A stretch of DNA of 64,000 nucleotides from an uncultured bacterium (GCA_965371785.1 CBDUZS010000005.1:3410-67409); one strand, 5' to 3'. Positions 1 through 9,291 are shown, counted from the first letter of the stretch. Notes: generated by a model from the sequence alone, not told the origin. Numbers and translations: made by a program.

Positions 1-1667
1 ACGACTCCAGGGATGGAATCCATATTTCAGAGGCTGGTGGTTCGAAAGGGGTTGATATCTACATGTCCACGTCTTCCGCTGGCGGAGGTCTTCAGATGAC
101 CGTGGCGGGAGTCGTAAAATCGATGACGGGTGAAAGTGCCCAGCGGGCCGCACTCGGTGCCGGTGCTATCGTCATGGATGTTATCGCCTCCAACGATGGA
201 AGGCTTCCCCACCAGAAAGTTGCCGACATTCGACGCCTCAGACCGGATATGATCCTCCTGTCCGGGGGTATAGACGGCGGCACCCTTGACCATGTGATCG
301 AGCTTGCTGACGTGATCAGGGCAGCGGATCCCAAGCCCCGATTCGGTGTCGGTTACAAGCTGCCGATAATCTTTGCAGGCAACATCGACGCTCGGGAATC
401 CGTGGCCGAGGAACTGGGCGAGACGATGGAACTCAAGATAGTCGACAACCTCCGTCCCGTCCTCGAGAGGGAGAACCTCGGACCTGCAAGGGACACGATT
501 CATGAACTATTCATGGAGCATGTCATGGCTCAGGCTCCCGGTTATTCGAGACTGATGAGCTGGGCAGGGCATTACGTGGACGGGAAGTGGGAACAGGTTC
601 CGATAATGCCTACTCCCGGCGCGGTTGGCAGACTGATAGAGACCGTTGCCGAGAAAGAGAAAATCCACGTGATGGGTGTGGACATCGGTGGCGCTACAAC
701 CGACATCTTCAGCGTCTTTGACAGCGATGGCAAACCCGTGTTCAACCGAACCGTGTCCGCGAACCTCGGAATGAGCTACAGCGTCTGCAACGTTCTTGCA
801 TGTGCAGGCATGGACAACGTCATGAGATGGGTACCCTTCCATATCGATGAAGCCGATCTGAGGAACAGGATCAGGAACAAGATGATCCGGCCAACAACGA
901 TACCCCAGGAACTCGAAGAACTGGTGGTCGAGCAGGCAATTGCAAGGGAAGCCCTCAGACTCGCCTTGGTGCAGCACAGAGAGCTCGCGACCGGGCTGAA
1001 GGGTATCGCCCAGGAGCGATCGATAGGAGATGCCTTCGACCAGACCCTGACCGGCACAACACTCGTTGACATGATGGCTCTGGACCTGTTGATCGGTTCC
1101 GGCGGAGTGCTTTCCCATGCTTCTCGGAGATCACAGGCGGCTCACATGATGATCGACGCATTCCTTCCGGAAGGATTGACGATGCTCGCTGTCGATTCGA
1201 TCTTCATGATGCCTCAGCTGGGAGTTCTGTCAGAGGTCCTTCCCAGAGCTGCAAAAGAGGTTTTCGATAAGGATTGTCTGATAAAACTCGGAACCTGTAT
1301 CGCGCCTTCCGGACCTGCGAAGAAACACTCGGTTCTGGCCGTGATGAATCTTTTGATGCCTGACGGTACATCCCGAGAAGAGCAGATCGTTCCGGGTGAG
1401 CTGAGGGTTCTCGACCTGGGCGTCGGAGAAAAGGCAGCAGCCGTGATCAAGCCTTCGAAGGGTATTGACGTTGGCGCGGGTCCAGGCAGGGAATGGACGG
1501 GTGATCTCGAAGGAGGCGTTGTCGGGCTGGTTATAGACGGTCGTGGAAGACAGCCGTTCCTCCTTCCCGAAAACGATATCGAGAGAATCCGGAAACTCCA
1601 GGAGTGGTCGAATGCGATGGATGCGTATCCGGAACGTTACATGGCTCTCGGGGGAGGTGAACGCTGA
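1..1667 (+). CDS. GlmL/MutL-family ASKHA-fold ATPase-like protein (5' partial; frame is open from nt 3 to the window edge)
   Basis: There is no stop between nt 3 and the first ATG at 63, so the gene starts upstream of the window. Motifs 'SSAGGGLQM', 'ILLSGGIDGG' and 'GVDIGGATTDIF' resemble the methylaspartate-mutase accessory (GlmL/MutL) family, recognised by eye. Confidence 0.6.
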   Translation, partial: DSRDGIHISEAGGSKGVDIYMSTSSAGGGLQMTVAGVVKSMTGESAQRAALGAGAIVMDVIASNDGRLPHQKVADIRRLRPDMILLSGGIDGGTLDHVIELADVIRAADPKPRFGVGYKLPIIFAGNIDARESVAEELGETMELKIVDNLRPVLERENLGPARDTIHELFMEHVMAQAPGYSRLMSWAGHYVDGKWEQVPIMPTPGAVGRLIETVAEKEKIHVMGVDIGGATTDIFSVFDSDGKPVFNRTVSANLGMSYSVCNVLACAGMDNVMRWVPFHIDEADLRNRIRNKMIRPTTIPQELEELVVEQAIAREALRLALVQHRELATGLKGIAQERSIGDAFDQTLTGTTLVDMMALDLLIGSGGVLSHASRRSQAAHMMIDAFLPEGLTMLAVDSIFMMPQLGVLSEVLPRAAKEVFDKDCLIKLGTCIAPSGPAKKHSVLAVMNLLMPDGTSREEQIVPGELRVLDLGVGEKAAAVIKPSKGIDVGAGPGREWTGDLEGGVVGLVIDGRGRQPFLLPENDIERIRKLQEWSNAMDAYPERYMALGGGER

Positions 1668-2794
1668 TGGCATTTGCATATACGCCGGGGCTCAGAGTAG
1701 CCGATGTCACGATTATTCGCAAGGAGAGAAGGCTGCCCCTCAAGGGTGAAGTGCTGGTCAAGCTCGGTGATGAAGTCGGGGCGGGAACGGTGGTTGCAAG
1801 AACCGAACTCCCGGGTAACGTCAAGATGCTCAACATCGCCAACATGCTCGGCGGCCTTCCCCCGGAGGATGTTCCTGAACTGCTCTTCAAGAAGTCGGGG
1901 GATGCACTGGCAGAAAACGAACCGATCGGTCAGTCGAAAGGCTTTCTCGGTCTCTTCAAGAATACGGTTCGCTCCCCGATAGAGGGGATATTCGAGAGCT
2001 TCAACGAAATAACCGGACAGGCCGTTCTCCGTGAACCGCCCATCCCCGTGGAGATCGACGGATACGTTAAAGGCTCGGTCGTGGAAGTGCTCGAGGACGA
2101 GGGCGTCGTCATCGAAACACGATGTACTTTTGTCCAGGGCATTTTCGGAATCGGCGGTGAAACCCGCGGTGAACTTAAAGTAGTAGTCGATTCCGCCGAT
2201 CAGGAGCTGTCGGACGACCTCATTACGGAGGATTGTAAAGGAAAGGTCATTGTGGGAGGCTGCTACATTTCCCATTCCACTCTGAAGAAGGCCATTGCAG
2301 CGGGCATCGCAGCCGTTGTCGTTGGTGGTTTCGACGACAAGGATCTAAGGGACTTCCTGGGTTTTGACCTGGGCGTTGCCATCACGGGACATGAGAACAA
2401 GGGAATCACTCTTATTCTTACCGAGGGTTTCGGCAGGATGACGATGGCTCATGGAACATTCGACCTGTTGAAGACGAGAGAGGGCATGATGGCCAGTGTC
2501 AACGGCGCCACTCAGATACGTGCCGGAGTGATGAGGCCGGAGGTCGTGATTCCCGTCGGAGGCGATGTTCTCGGCGGCCTATCGAGTGACAGACAGGCCG
2601 GAGCAATGGACATCGGCTCACCGATCCGCTGCATCAGGGCTCCCTACTTCGGTATGCTCGGAATGGTCTCTTCACTGCCTGCCGAGCTCCAGGAAATCGA
2701 CTCCGAGTCCCACGTCAGAGTTCTGGAAGTCGAGTTCGAGGATGGCTCGAAAGCGATAATTCCGAGAGCCAACGTGGAACTGATAGAGAAGTAG
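1667..2794 (+). CDS. Hypothetical protein (375 aa), translationally coupled to the GlmL-like gene
   Basis: Long ORF. Its ATG overlaps the upstream stop (TGATG at 1665-1669). No family recognised. The N-terminal ~70 aa have a weak hybrid-barrel/lipoyl-like pattern. Confidence 0.6.
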   Translation: MAFAYTPGLRVADVTIIRKERRLPLKGEVLVKLGDEVGAGTVVARTELPGNVKMLNIANMLGGLPPEDVPELLFKKSGDALAENEPIGQSKGFLGLFKNTVRSPIEGIFESFNEITGQAVLREPPIPVEIDGYVKGSVVEVLEDEGVVIETRCTFVQGIFGIGGETRGELKVVVDSADQELSDDLITEDCKGKVIVGGCYISHSTLKKAIAAGIAAVVVGGFDDKDLRDFLGFDLGVAITGHENKGITLILTEGFGRMTMAHGTFDLLKTREGMMASVNGATQIRAGVMRPEVVIPVGGDVLGGLSSDRQAGAMDIGSPIRCIRAPYFGMLGMVSSLPAELQEIDSESHVRVLEVEFEDGSKAIIPRANVELIEK

Positions 2795-2805
2795 GTCGGA
2801 GCCGT

Positions 2806-2836
2806 TTGACAACGCAGACAGGTTTGAGGATATAAT
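2806..2836 (+). promoter_or_regulatory. Candidate sigma70-type promoter (TTGACA-19 nt-TATAAT)
   Basis: Perfect TTGACA at 2806-2811 and perfect TATAAT at 2831-2836, in the 110-nt gap upstream of the membrane operon. The spacer is 19 nt, longer than the optimum. It is not known whether this lineage uses sigma70 consensus promoters. Confidence 0.35.
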
Positions 2837-2840
2837 GATT

Positions 2841-2867
2841 GAAAGGCCCCCGCAGACGGGGCCTTTC
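2841..2867 (+). terminator. GC-rich stem-loop (10-bp stem gaaaggcccc/ggggcctttc, 7-nt loop); terminator of the upstream pair or a 5'-leader structure
   Basis: Perfect inverted repeat 2841-2850 / 2858-2867, followed by cctgcgtttct (weak U tract). It lies just downstream of the candidate -10 box. Confidence 0.4.
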
Positions 2868-2904
2868 CTGCGTTTCTGGCGCAATTGAAGGAAGGAAGGG
2901 ATAT

Positions 2905-4074
2905 ATGAACACCGTTCTGATACTGTTCCTGGTGCTCCTGCCCTTTACAGCCTCAGCACAACAGACGGGATCGGTTCCCGATCTCCCTGACGTTGTCGTT
3001 ACTTCTGCAGGAGACGTACCGAACGATGCCGGGGGGGAAATATCCTTCGAATGGGAAGTAGACAAAGGAGGGGCACTTCCCGATTCCCTTCTGATCTACC
3101 GCCGTGTAACCGGATCTGACCAGTTCGAGGTCGTCGGCTCCTACGCACCCCTTTCCGGGGATGGATCCGATGCAACTGCTGTGAATGGAATCGAGTACGA
3201 GTACGCTGTCGTACCTGTTCTGGACGGTTTCACCGCCGATCCATCATGGAGCGCACCGGTAATCGCCACGGCTCAGTGGATCAACAGCGGCCGGATTGGA
3301 GCCCTTATCATCCTCGTGATACTTTCTGCAGTCATTTTCTGGTTCATCGAAACAGGTAAACGGGGAAAAAAGCTCTACATCCGCGAAATAGGAGGACTGT
3401 CGGCTGTTGAAGACGCGGTCGGCCGCGCCACCGAAATGGGCCGACCCGTACTCTACATCCCCGGGATCATGGACATGGACGACATCCAGACGATAGCCAG
3501 CATGGTCATTCTGGGCAGAGTGGCCCGGAAAACAGCCGAATATGGCGCTCCGCTCATCGTCCCAACAGCACGTAGCATCGTAATGAGCGTTGCGCAGGAA
3601 GTCGTGAAGGAGGCATACCTCCAGGCGGGAAGACCTGACGCATTTCAGAAGGAGAATATCTCTTACATCACGGACGACCAGTTCGGGTATGCCGCGGGTG
3701 TCGACGGAATCATTGTCCGCCAGAAGCCTGCTGCGATCTTTCTGCTGGGCACGTTCTACGCTGAAAGCCTGATTCTTGCCGAGACCGGCAGGAGCGTAGG
3801 CGCCATTCAAATCGCAGGAACGGCAATGCCCAGCCAGATTCCGTTCTTCGTTGCAGCCTGCGATTACACGCTGATTGGAGAGGAACTGTTCGCCGCCAGT
3901 GCATACCTGGCGCGTGAACCAAAGCTCCTTGGCAGTCTGAAAGGCCAGGACACGGCAAAGCTCTTCTTCATGTGCGTCATCGTTCTGGGTGTGTTATCGG
4001 CAACAATTGGTCACCTGTGGGAGCCTGCGGGAGCGGTTGCAGAGTTACTCCGCAGGATCACTCATGTGGAATAG
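2905..4074 (+). CDS. Membrane protein of unknown function: signal peptide, Fn3-like ectodomain, TM helix, conserved ~200-aa domain, C-terminal TM helix
   Basis: ATG at 2905 is preceded by ggaaggaaggg. The N-terminus MNTVLILFLVLLPFTASAQQ looks like a signal peptide. Hydrophobic segments IGALIILVILSAVIFWFI and LFFMCVIVLGVLSATIG are present. The track ORF start at 2839 is rejected. Confidence 0.7.
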   Translation: MNTVLILFLVLLPFTASAQQTGSVPDLPDVVVTSAGDVPNDAGGEISFEWEVDKGGALPDSLLIYRRVTGSDQFEVVGSYAPLSGDGSDATAVNGIEYEYAVVPVLDGFTADPSWSAPVIATAQWINSGRIGALIILVILSAVIFWFIETGKRGKKLYIREIGGLSAVEDAVGRATEMGRPVLYIPGIMDMDDIQTIASMVILGRVARKTAEYGAPLIVPTARSIVMSVAQEVVKEAYLQAGRPDAFQKENISYITDDQFGYAAGVDGIIVRQKPAAIFLLGTFYAESLILAETGRSVGAIQIAGTAMPSQIPFFVAACDYTLIGEELFAASAYLAREPKLLGSLKGQDTAKLFFMCVIVLGVLSATIGHLWEPAGAVAELLRRITHVE

Positions 4075-4083
4075 GAGGCTGAA

Positions 4084-4707
4084 ATGAGACTGGCAATTCC
4101 ACTGGCAATCACGTTCGCTGCCGGCATCATCATGATCCTGCAGTTCTTCATTCCACACCACCCCTTCGGCAGCCTCGGTGAGTATCTGCAGGAATGGTTC
4201 TTCATCGTAGCGTCAGCAGCAATTTTCCTCGGAGCGATGAACCTGATGCACGTGCATTTTCGCAAGATCAGGCTGAAGCTTCTGAACTGGAAGTACAGCC
4301 CGGTAACGATCGTCGGCTTCCTGGCAATGTTAGTTACAGGGTTGATATTCGGAGTAACCGAAGGCAGGCCTTTCGACTACATGTTCCAGCGCATGGTCGT
4401 TCCGATGGGAGCGACGATGTTCAGCCTTCTGGCCTTCTTCGTAGCCTCAGCCGCCTTCAGGGCTTTCAGAGCATCGAACTGGCGGGCGACGCTGCTACTG
4501 GTATCGGCGTTCATCGTCATGCTGGGCAGGGTACCGATCGGCCACATGATCTGGAGCAGGATTCCTTACATCTCCGAATGGATAATGCAGTTCCCCAACC
4601 TTGCCGGTCAAAGGGCTGTCATGATCGGCGCGGCAATGGGAGTGGTAGCGACTTCGCTCAGGATGATCTTCGGTATCGAGCGAAGCTACCTCGGAGGTAC
4701 GGACTGA
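4084..4707 (+). CDS. Polytopic membrane protein of unknown function (about 6 TM)
   Basis: 207-aa hydrophobic ORF starting 9 nt after the previous stop, with ggaggc upstream. By eye it is a paralog of the 5561..6214 product (FFIPHHPFGSLGEYL vs FLYKDNPFYKFAEHL). Confidence 0.7.
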   Translation: MRLAIPLAITFAAGIIMILQFFIPHHPFGSLGEYLQEWFFIVASAAIFLGAMNLMHVHFRKIRLKLLNWKYSPVTIVGFLAMLVTGLIFGVTEGRPFDYMFQRMVVPMGATMFSLLAFFVASAAFRAFRASNWRATLLLVSAFIVMLGRVPIGHMIWSRIPYISEWIMQFPNLAGQRAVMIGAAMGVVATSLRMIFGIERSYLGGTD

Positions 4708-5564
4708 TGGCTGGATTCTTCGAAAAACTGGGGGGAACCGACAGGAGAGTGATATTCATTCTCATGGCTCTGGCCGTACTCGTTCCCCTGGTCCTCAAGG
4801 TCAGCTTCCCCATACCCGTGGGTGAGGGTCCAAGCAAAGACCTCTTTGATCACATAGCATCTCTTCCTGAGAACTCGAACGTATTAGTCAGTTTCGATTA
4901 CGACCCATCGACGATGCCCGAACTGCAGCCCATGGCTGTTGCACTTCTCCAGGACCTCTTCTCGCGAGATTTCAACGTCATTGGAATGGCACTCTGGCCG
5001 CAAGGGGCAAGCCTGGGACAGAACGCGCTGTCAGAGGTAGGAGACAGTCTCGGTATGGTTCAGTACGAGGACTGGGTCAATCTGGGTTACAAGACAGGCG
5101 GTATGATCCTTATCGCCCGACTGGGGACCGATCTCGTCTCCTCGTTCCCACAGGACAAGGATGGAACCCTATACGGTGATATACCGTTACTGAGGAACAT
5201 CTCGAAACTGTCCGACTTCGATCTGATCATCTCCCTTTCGGCGGGTGATCCGGGCATCCCGGCATGGGTGATGATGGCCGGTGACAGGTACGATGTACCG
5301 ATAGGAGGAGGGTGTACCGCGGTGAGTGCGCCGCAGTTCTACCCCTATCTCGGTGCCGGCCAGATGGTCGGGCTCCTTGGCGGGCTGAAAGGTGCAGCGG
5401 ACTACGAGACCATGATCAGGGAGGGAGTGGAGAACGCTCCACCCGGAACGGCCACACCGGGCATGGCTGCCCAGTCGATTGCCCACCTGGTGATCATGGT
5501 GTTCATCGTGATCGGCAACATTGCCTACTTCTCCGGCAAGAGGAGGAAGGGGGCTGTGGGATGA
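4707..5564 (+). CDS. Bitopic membrane protein of unknown function (N- and C-terminal TM helices flanking a ~220-aa domain)
   Basis: ATG at 4707 overlaps the upstream stop (TGATG). MAGFFEKLGGTDRRVIFILMALAVLVPLVL is an N-terminal TM helix. The central domain resembles that of the 2905..4074 product (GTAMPSQIPFF vs GCTAVSAPQFY). The track ORF start at 4194 overlaps the previous gene out of frame and is rejected. Confidence 0.7.
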   Translation: MAGFFEKLGGTDRRVIFILMALAVLVPLVLKVSFPIPVGEGPSKDLFDHIASLPENSNVLVSFDYDPSTMPELQPMAVALLQDLFSRDFNVIGMALWPQGASLGQNALSEVGDSLGMVQYEDWVNLGYKTGGMILIARLGTDLVSSFPQDKDGTLYGDIPLLRNISKLSDFDLIISLSAGDPGIPAWVMMAGDRYDVPIGGGCTAVSAPQFYPYLGAGQMVGLLGGLKGAADYETMIREGVENAPPGTATPGMAAQSIAHLVIMVFIVIGNIAYFSGKRRKGAVG

Positions 5565-6214
5565 GCTGGGATATTATCGGAATATGGCTGGGAGCTTTCC
5601 TGACGTTGAGCCTCTACAGCTTCCTCTACAAGGACAACCCATTCTACAAGTTCGCAGAACACCTGTTCGTGGGAATGAGTGCCGGGTACTGGGTTATCTA
5701 CAACATCTTCAACGTCCTGATCCCCAACTGGTGGAACAAGATGCTTCCTGTCGAAGGAGGGTTTGACCCGCTGTGGATCATTCCGGGAGTTTTCGCTTTG
5801 TTCATGCTGATGAGAATAGTGCCGAAACTTGCCGGGTATTCGAGATTGTCGCTTGCGATGATCGTTGGTACCGGTGCGGGAATAAACCTGGTCGGATTTC
5901 TGCAGACAAACGCCCTTGCACAGGTCGAAGGAACCATTATCCCTATCGGCGGTTCCAACCTAGTGGAGGTGTTCGGCAGCCTTGTAATCGTAGTGGGAGT
6001 GGTTTGCGGGCTTGCTTACTTCTTCTTCTCGAAGGCTCACACGGGAGTCCTGGGGGGAGCAGCCAACGTGGGAATTACCCTTCTGATGGTAGCATTCGGA
6101 GCGAGTTTTGGGTACACCGTAATGGCTCGTATCAGTCTACTGATAGGTCAGAGCCAGTTCCTCCTCTTCGAATGGCTTCCCACGATACCGCTTTTCAAGG
6201 GTCTGGCAGGCTGA
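5561..6214 (+). CDS. Polytopic membrane protein of unknown function (about 6 TM)
   Basis: ATG at 5561 overlaps the upstream stop (ATGA). The 217-aa product is hydrophobic. The track ORF start at 5312 is rejected. Confidence 0.7.
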   Translation: MSWDIIGIWLGAFLTLSLYSFLYKDNPFYKFAEHLFVGMSAGYWVIYNIFNVLIPNWWNKMLPVEGGFDPLWIIPGVFALFMLMRIVPKLAGYSRLSLAMIVGTGAGINLVGFLQTNALAQVEGTIIPIGGSNLVEVFGSLVIVVGVVCGLAYFFFSKAHTGVLGGAANVGITLLMVAFGASFGYTVMARISLLIGQSQFLLFEWLPTIPLFKGLAG

Positions 6215-6524
6215 AGATGCGCTCTGTATGGTGGAATACGACCGGCTTGACTTCACCTGGAGGTGGCCGTATTCTCAACGCGCAACACCTTCTAATAAAG
6301 GTGAGTTGTATATTTGAGCAGTACTTTATTGGTAAAGGAGTTCTAGTAAGAAGACCATTGGAGCCGTTCTTTTCCGGGGCAGAAGGGGGTGCGTACTAAC
6401 GCTTTGGGATTGGACTGCAAGTGTATTCAACTCTGTGTCCGAACGGGCAGGCTGGTAAGACCTGACCAGGTTTGCGAACCAGTTGTAAAGCCTGTTTCTG
6501 GACGGGAAAGAAAGGAGCTGTACG

Positions 6525-9269
6525 GTGCATAAAAGAGCAATGCCGATTTTACTCGCCCTGCTCATGTTCGTTGCCCTGTCAGCAATGGCCGGAACCACGG
6601 GAAAGATTGCCGGAAGGGTGCTAGACACCAGCGGTAATCCCCTGGTCGGAGCCACCGTTATGATCGTTGGAACGAGCTACGGCGCAATGACGGACGCGAA
6701 CGGTGAGTACTTCATCATCAACCTTCAGCCGGGAACTTACACACTGAAGGCCATGATGGTTGGAATGGGTGATGTAACCATGGAGGGGATTCAGGTCGTG
6801 ACAGACCTGACAACCCGGACCGATTTCCAGCTCAACATCGAGTCAGTAGGACACACCCTCATCACGGTCACAGACCAGAGGGGGATGATCCTCAGGGACG
6901 TCACCAGTTCGGTTCAGGTGATAAGCCGTGACGAGATCAGGACCATGCCCGTTGCCGGCATCGCAGACATAGTCAACCAGCAGGCAGGCGCAACCAGCCA
7001 GGGCAACCAGCTTCACATCAGAGGCGGTCGAGCCGGTGAGGTTGTCTACCTGGTCGACGGAGTCGCACAGATCGATCCCCGGTTCAACACGTTCGGAAGT
7101 GATATTCCAATGTCCGCCATCAGCGAGACTTCGATTATCACCGGCGGTTTCGGTGCCGAGTACGGCAACGCCCAGTCCGGTGTGATCAACATCATCACTC
7201 GCGAGGGGGGCTCGAACTACACGGGTTCGATCAGCTTCAACGGCAACAACTGGGAAGCGCTCGGCGCAGCCAGCGACTGGACCTGGAGCCATCCTGGTCC
7301 ATTCCGCGAGGCCAGGCTGAACGGTGAAGCCGCCATAGGCGGCCCCGAGCCGTTCACCAGCTATCTGCTTCCCGCCATCGGCCTCAACATCCCGGGTGAC
7401 ACCCGGCTCTTCATCTCCGCGGAATGGCTTCAGAATGGCGGAGGAGAAGATGGCAGATATTCCTACTGGTTTAACGGCTGGGAGGATATGACCTCGCTCA
7501 ACGTCAAGCTGACCTACAAACCCACTCCGAGAACGAAGCTCAACTTCACGGGTTACTTCATGGACAGAACGCGTGGCTTCGGAATCTGGCAGTGGCACAA
7601 ATTCGAGGATGTCTACATCGATGAAGATCCTCTGTCCCCGACTTACGGAGACACACTTGCCAATGGCGGGAGCATCCTCTACGGTCTTCCCACCAGGTTC
7701 AATACGAACTACAGCATCGGTTTCGCTCTGACACAGACCCTCAGCGATGCGACGTTCCTCGAGTTCAAACTCAACCAGTTCCAGGCTCGTTACGAGTATC
7801 GGATGCTGAACGATCCGGATAACCCGCTCTACGGCATCGATCCTCTGTACATGACCGAATATTTCGGAGAAGGATGGACGATTGAAGACTGGCTCGAATA
7901 CACTCCCAGCAGAACTCTCGACACCGATGGGTTCTACCGGGGCGGCGCCAGCCGATACGCCTGGAACGACTCGAGAAGCACAACCTCTACTCTAAGACTC
8001 GATATCACCAGCCAGGTGAACAACAACCATCAGGTCAAGGCCGGTATCGAGGGCAAGTACTTCGATGTCTTCAACTTCAACGTCGATACCGCTTCGGGTG
8101 GAAACATCTACATGGACAGGTACCGTGTATTCCCCAATGCGGGAGCGGTTTACCTCCAGGATAAGATGGAGTACCGGGGAATGATAGTTAACGCCGGGCT
8201 CAGATTCGACTACTTCGATTCCAACTTCGACAACTGGCCGGCCGACCCGACAAACCCCGTCGTTCCGGGAACCAGCCCGAGTGACCCCAACCACATCGTC
8301 AACCCGATCAGCGTTCCCATCAAGTACCACCTGAGCCCGCGCGTCGGCTTCTCGCATCCCATCACCGAACGTGACGTGCTCCACTTCACCTACGGTCACT
8401 ACTTCCAGACTCCGCAGTTCGATCGTCTGTTCGGCGGTGCCGACTTCGATCTCGCTGGCGCATTCCCCCAGGTCGGCAACCCTGACCTCGACCCCGAGGA
8501 GACGATCTCCTACGAAGTGGGTGTGAAGCACCAGTTCGACGATATCACAATGATCGACATCACCGGTTACTTCAAGGACATAACAGGCCTGGTCGACATG
8601 CAGAAGAACTTCTACACGGCAGTCGACGGCTACGATATGTTCATCAACGCCGACTACGGTAACGTTCGTGGCGCAGAGCTCTCCATCATGAGACGTCCCA
8701 GCAACTTCTGGTCCTTCAACGCCAACTACTCATACTCCGTGGCAAAGGGCAAGAGTTCCAGCGCGACACAGAACTACATCTACAACTGGGCGGGCTGGAT
8801 CATTCCCAAGAAGGAATCCTATCTCCATTGGGATCAGCGCCATTCAGTGAACGCGAACGTGGATTATCGAATTCCCAGGGGTGAGGGTCCCATGATAGGT
8901 GACTCCCATTTCCTCGAGGGTTTCGGTGCTCACGTGGAGTGGGCATTCGGCAGCGGTTTCCCCTACAGCTCCGCCAACCAGGGAACCGAAGCGCCCGAAA
9001 TCAACGACATGCGCTATCCGTTTACGATGAACACCACTATAAAGGTCAACAAGACCTTCTGGCTCGGCCCCGTATCGCTGGATATCTACTGCTGGGTCGA
9101 GAACCTGTTCAACAGGCATAACATCTTCGATATCAGGGATGAAGCCTGGTACGACGCAGATCAGGATGGTAACGGAGAGCCCGATCACGATCCGATGGGC
9201 CAGCTTGGTGACCCCAGTGCTTACACGAGACACAGACAGATCCGTTTCGGCATCGGTCTGGAGTGGTAA
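6525..9269 (+). CDS. TonB-dependent outer-membrane receptor with an N-terminal carboxypeptidase-regulatory-like domain
   Basis: GTG at 6525 lies 7 nt after aaaggag. Signal peptide is present. 'GKIAGRVLDTSGNPLVGATVMIVGTSYGAMTDANGEYFIINLQPGTYTL' is CarboxypepD_reg-like. The plug motif is 'QLHIRGGRAGEVVYLVDGV'. A long beta-barrel ends in an aromatic residue (...RFGIGLEW). Confidence 0.85.
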   Translation: MHKRAMPILLALLMFVALSAMAGTTGKIAGRVLDTSGNPLVGATVMIVGTSYGAMTDANGEYFIINLQPGTYTLKAMMVGMGDVTMEGIQVVTDLTTRTDFQLNIESVGHTLITVTDQRGMILRDVTSSVQVISRDEIRTMPVAGIADIVNQQAGATSQGNQLHIRGGRAGEVVYLVDGVAQIDPRFNTFGSDIPMSAISETSIITGGFGAEYGNAQSGVINIITREGGSNYTGSISFNGNNWEALGAASDWTWSHPGPFREARLNGEAAIGGPEPFTSYLLPAIGLNIPGDTRLFISAEWLQNGGGEDGRYSYWFNGWEDMTSLNVKLTYKPTPRTKLNFTGYFMDRTRGFGIWQWHKFEDVYIDEDPLSPTYGDTLANGGSILYGLPTRFNTNYSIGFALTQTLSDATFLEFKLNQFQARYEYRMLNDPDNPLYGIDPLYMTEYFGEGWTIEDWLEYTPSRTLDTDGFYRGGASRYAWNDSRSTTSTLRLDITSQVNNNHQVKAGIEGKYFDVFNFNVDTASGGNIYMDRYRVFPNAGAVYLQDKMEYRGMIVNAGLRFDYFDSNFDNWPADPTNPVVPGTSPSDPNHIVNPISVPIKYHLSPRVGFSHPITERDVLHFTYGHYFQTPQFDRLFGGADFDLAGAFPQVGNPDLDPEETISYEVGVKHQFDDITMIDITGYFKDITGLVDMQKNFYTAVDGYDMFINADYGNVRGAELSIMRRPSNFWSFNANYSYSVAKGKSSSATQNYIYNWAGWIIPKKESYLHWDQRHSVNANVDYRIPRGEGPMIGDSHFLEGFGAHVEWAFGSGFPYSSANQGTEAPEINDMRYPFTMNTTIKVNKTFWLGPVSLDIYCWVENLFNRHNIFDIRDEAWYDADQDGNGEPDHDPMGQLGDPSAYTRHRQIRFGIGLEW

Positions 9270-9291
9270 CGAGATAGCCTGACAGGCTTAT

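Noticed and set aside
4194-4706. Upstream extensions of track ORFs: 4194 for the third membrane gene, 5312, 2839, 12105, 16424, 17980, 29869, 32215, 44076, 56375, 57081, 61180 and 56349.
   Set aside because: The extensions overlap the preceding gene out of frame and encode Arg/Gly-rich, non-conserved sequence. They also precede obvious signal peptides or SD-plus-ATG sites, so the internal starts were preferred.
6215-6524. Possible cobalamin (B12) riboswitch upstream of the TonB-dependent receptor.
   Set aside because: Only a vague resemblance to a B12 box (agtaagaagaccattgg). The conserved GGGAA/GCCACUG core elements are not present in the right order. A covariance-model scan would be needed.
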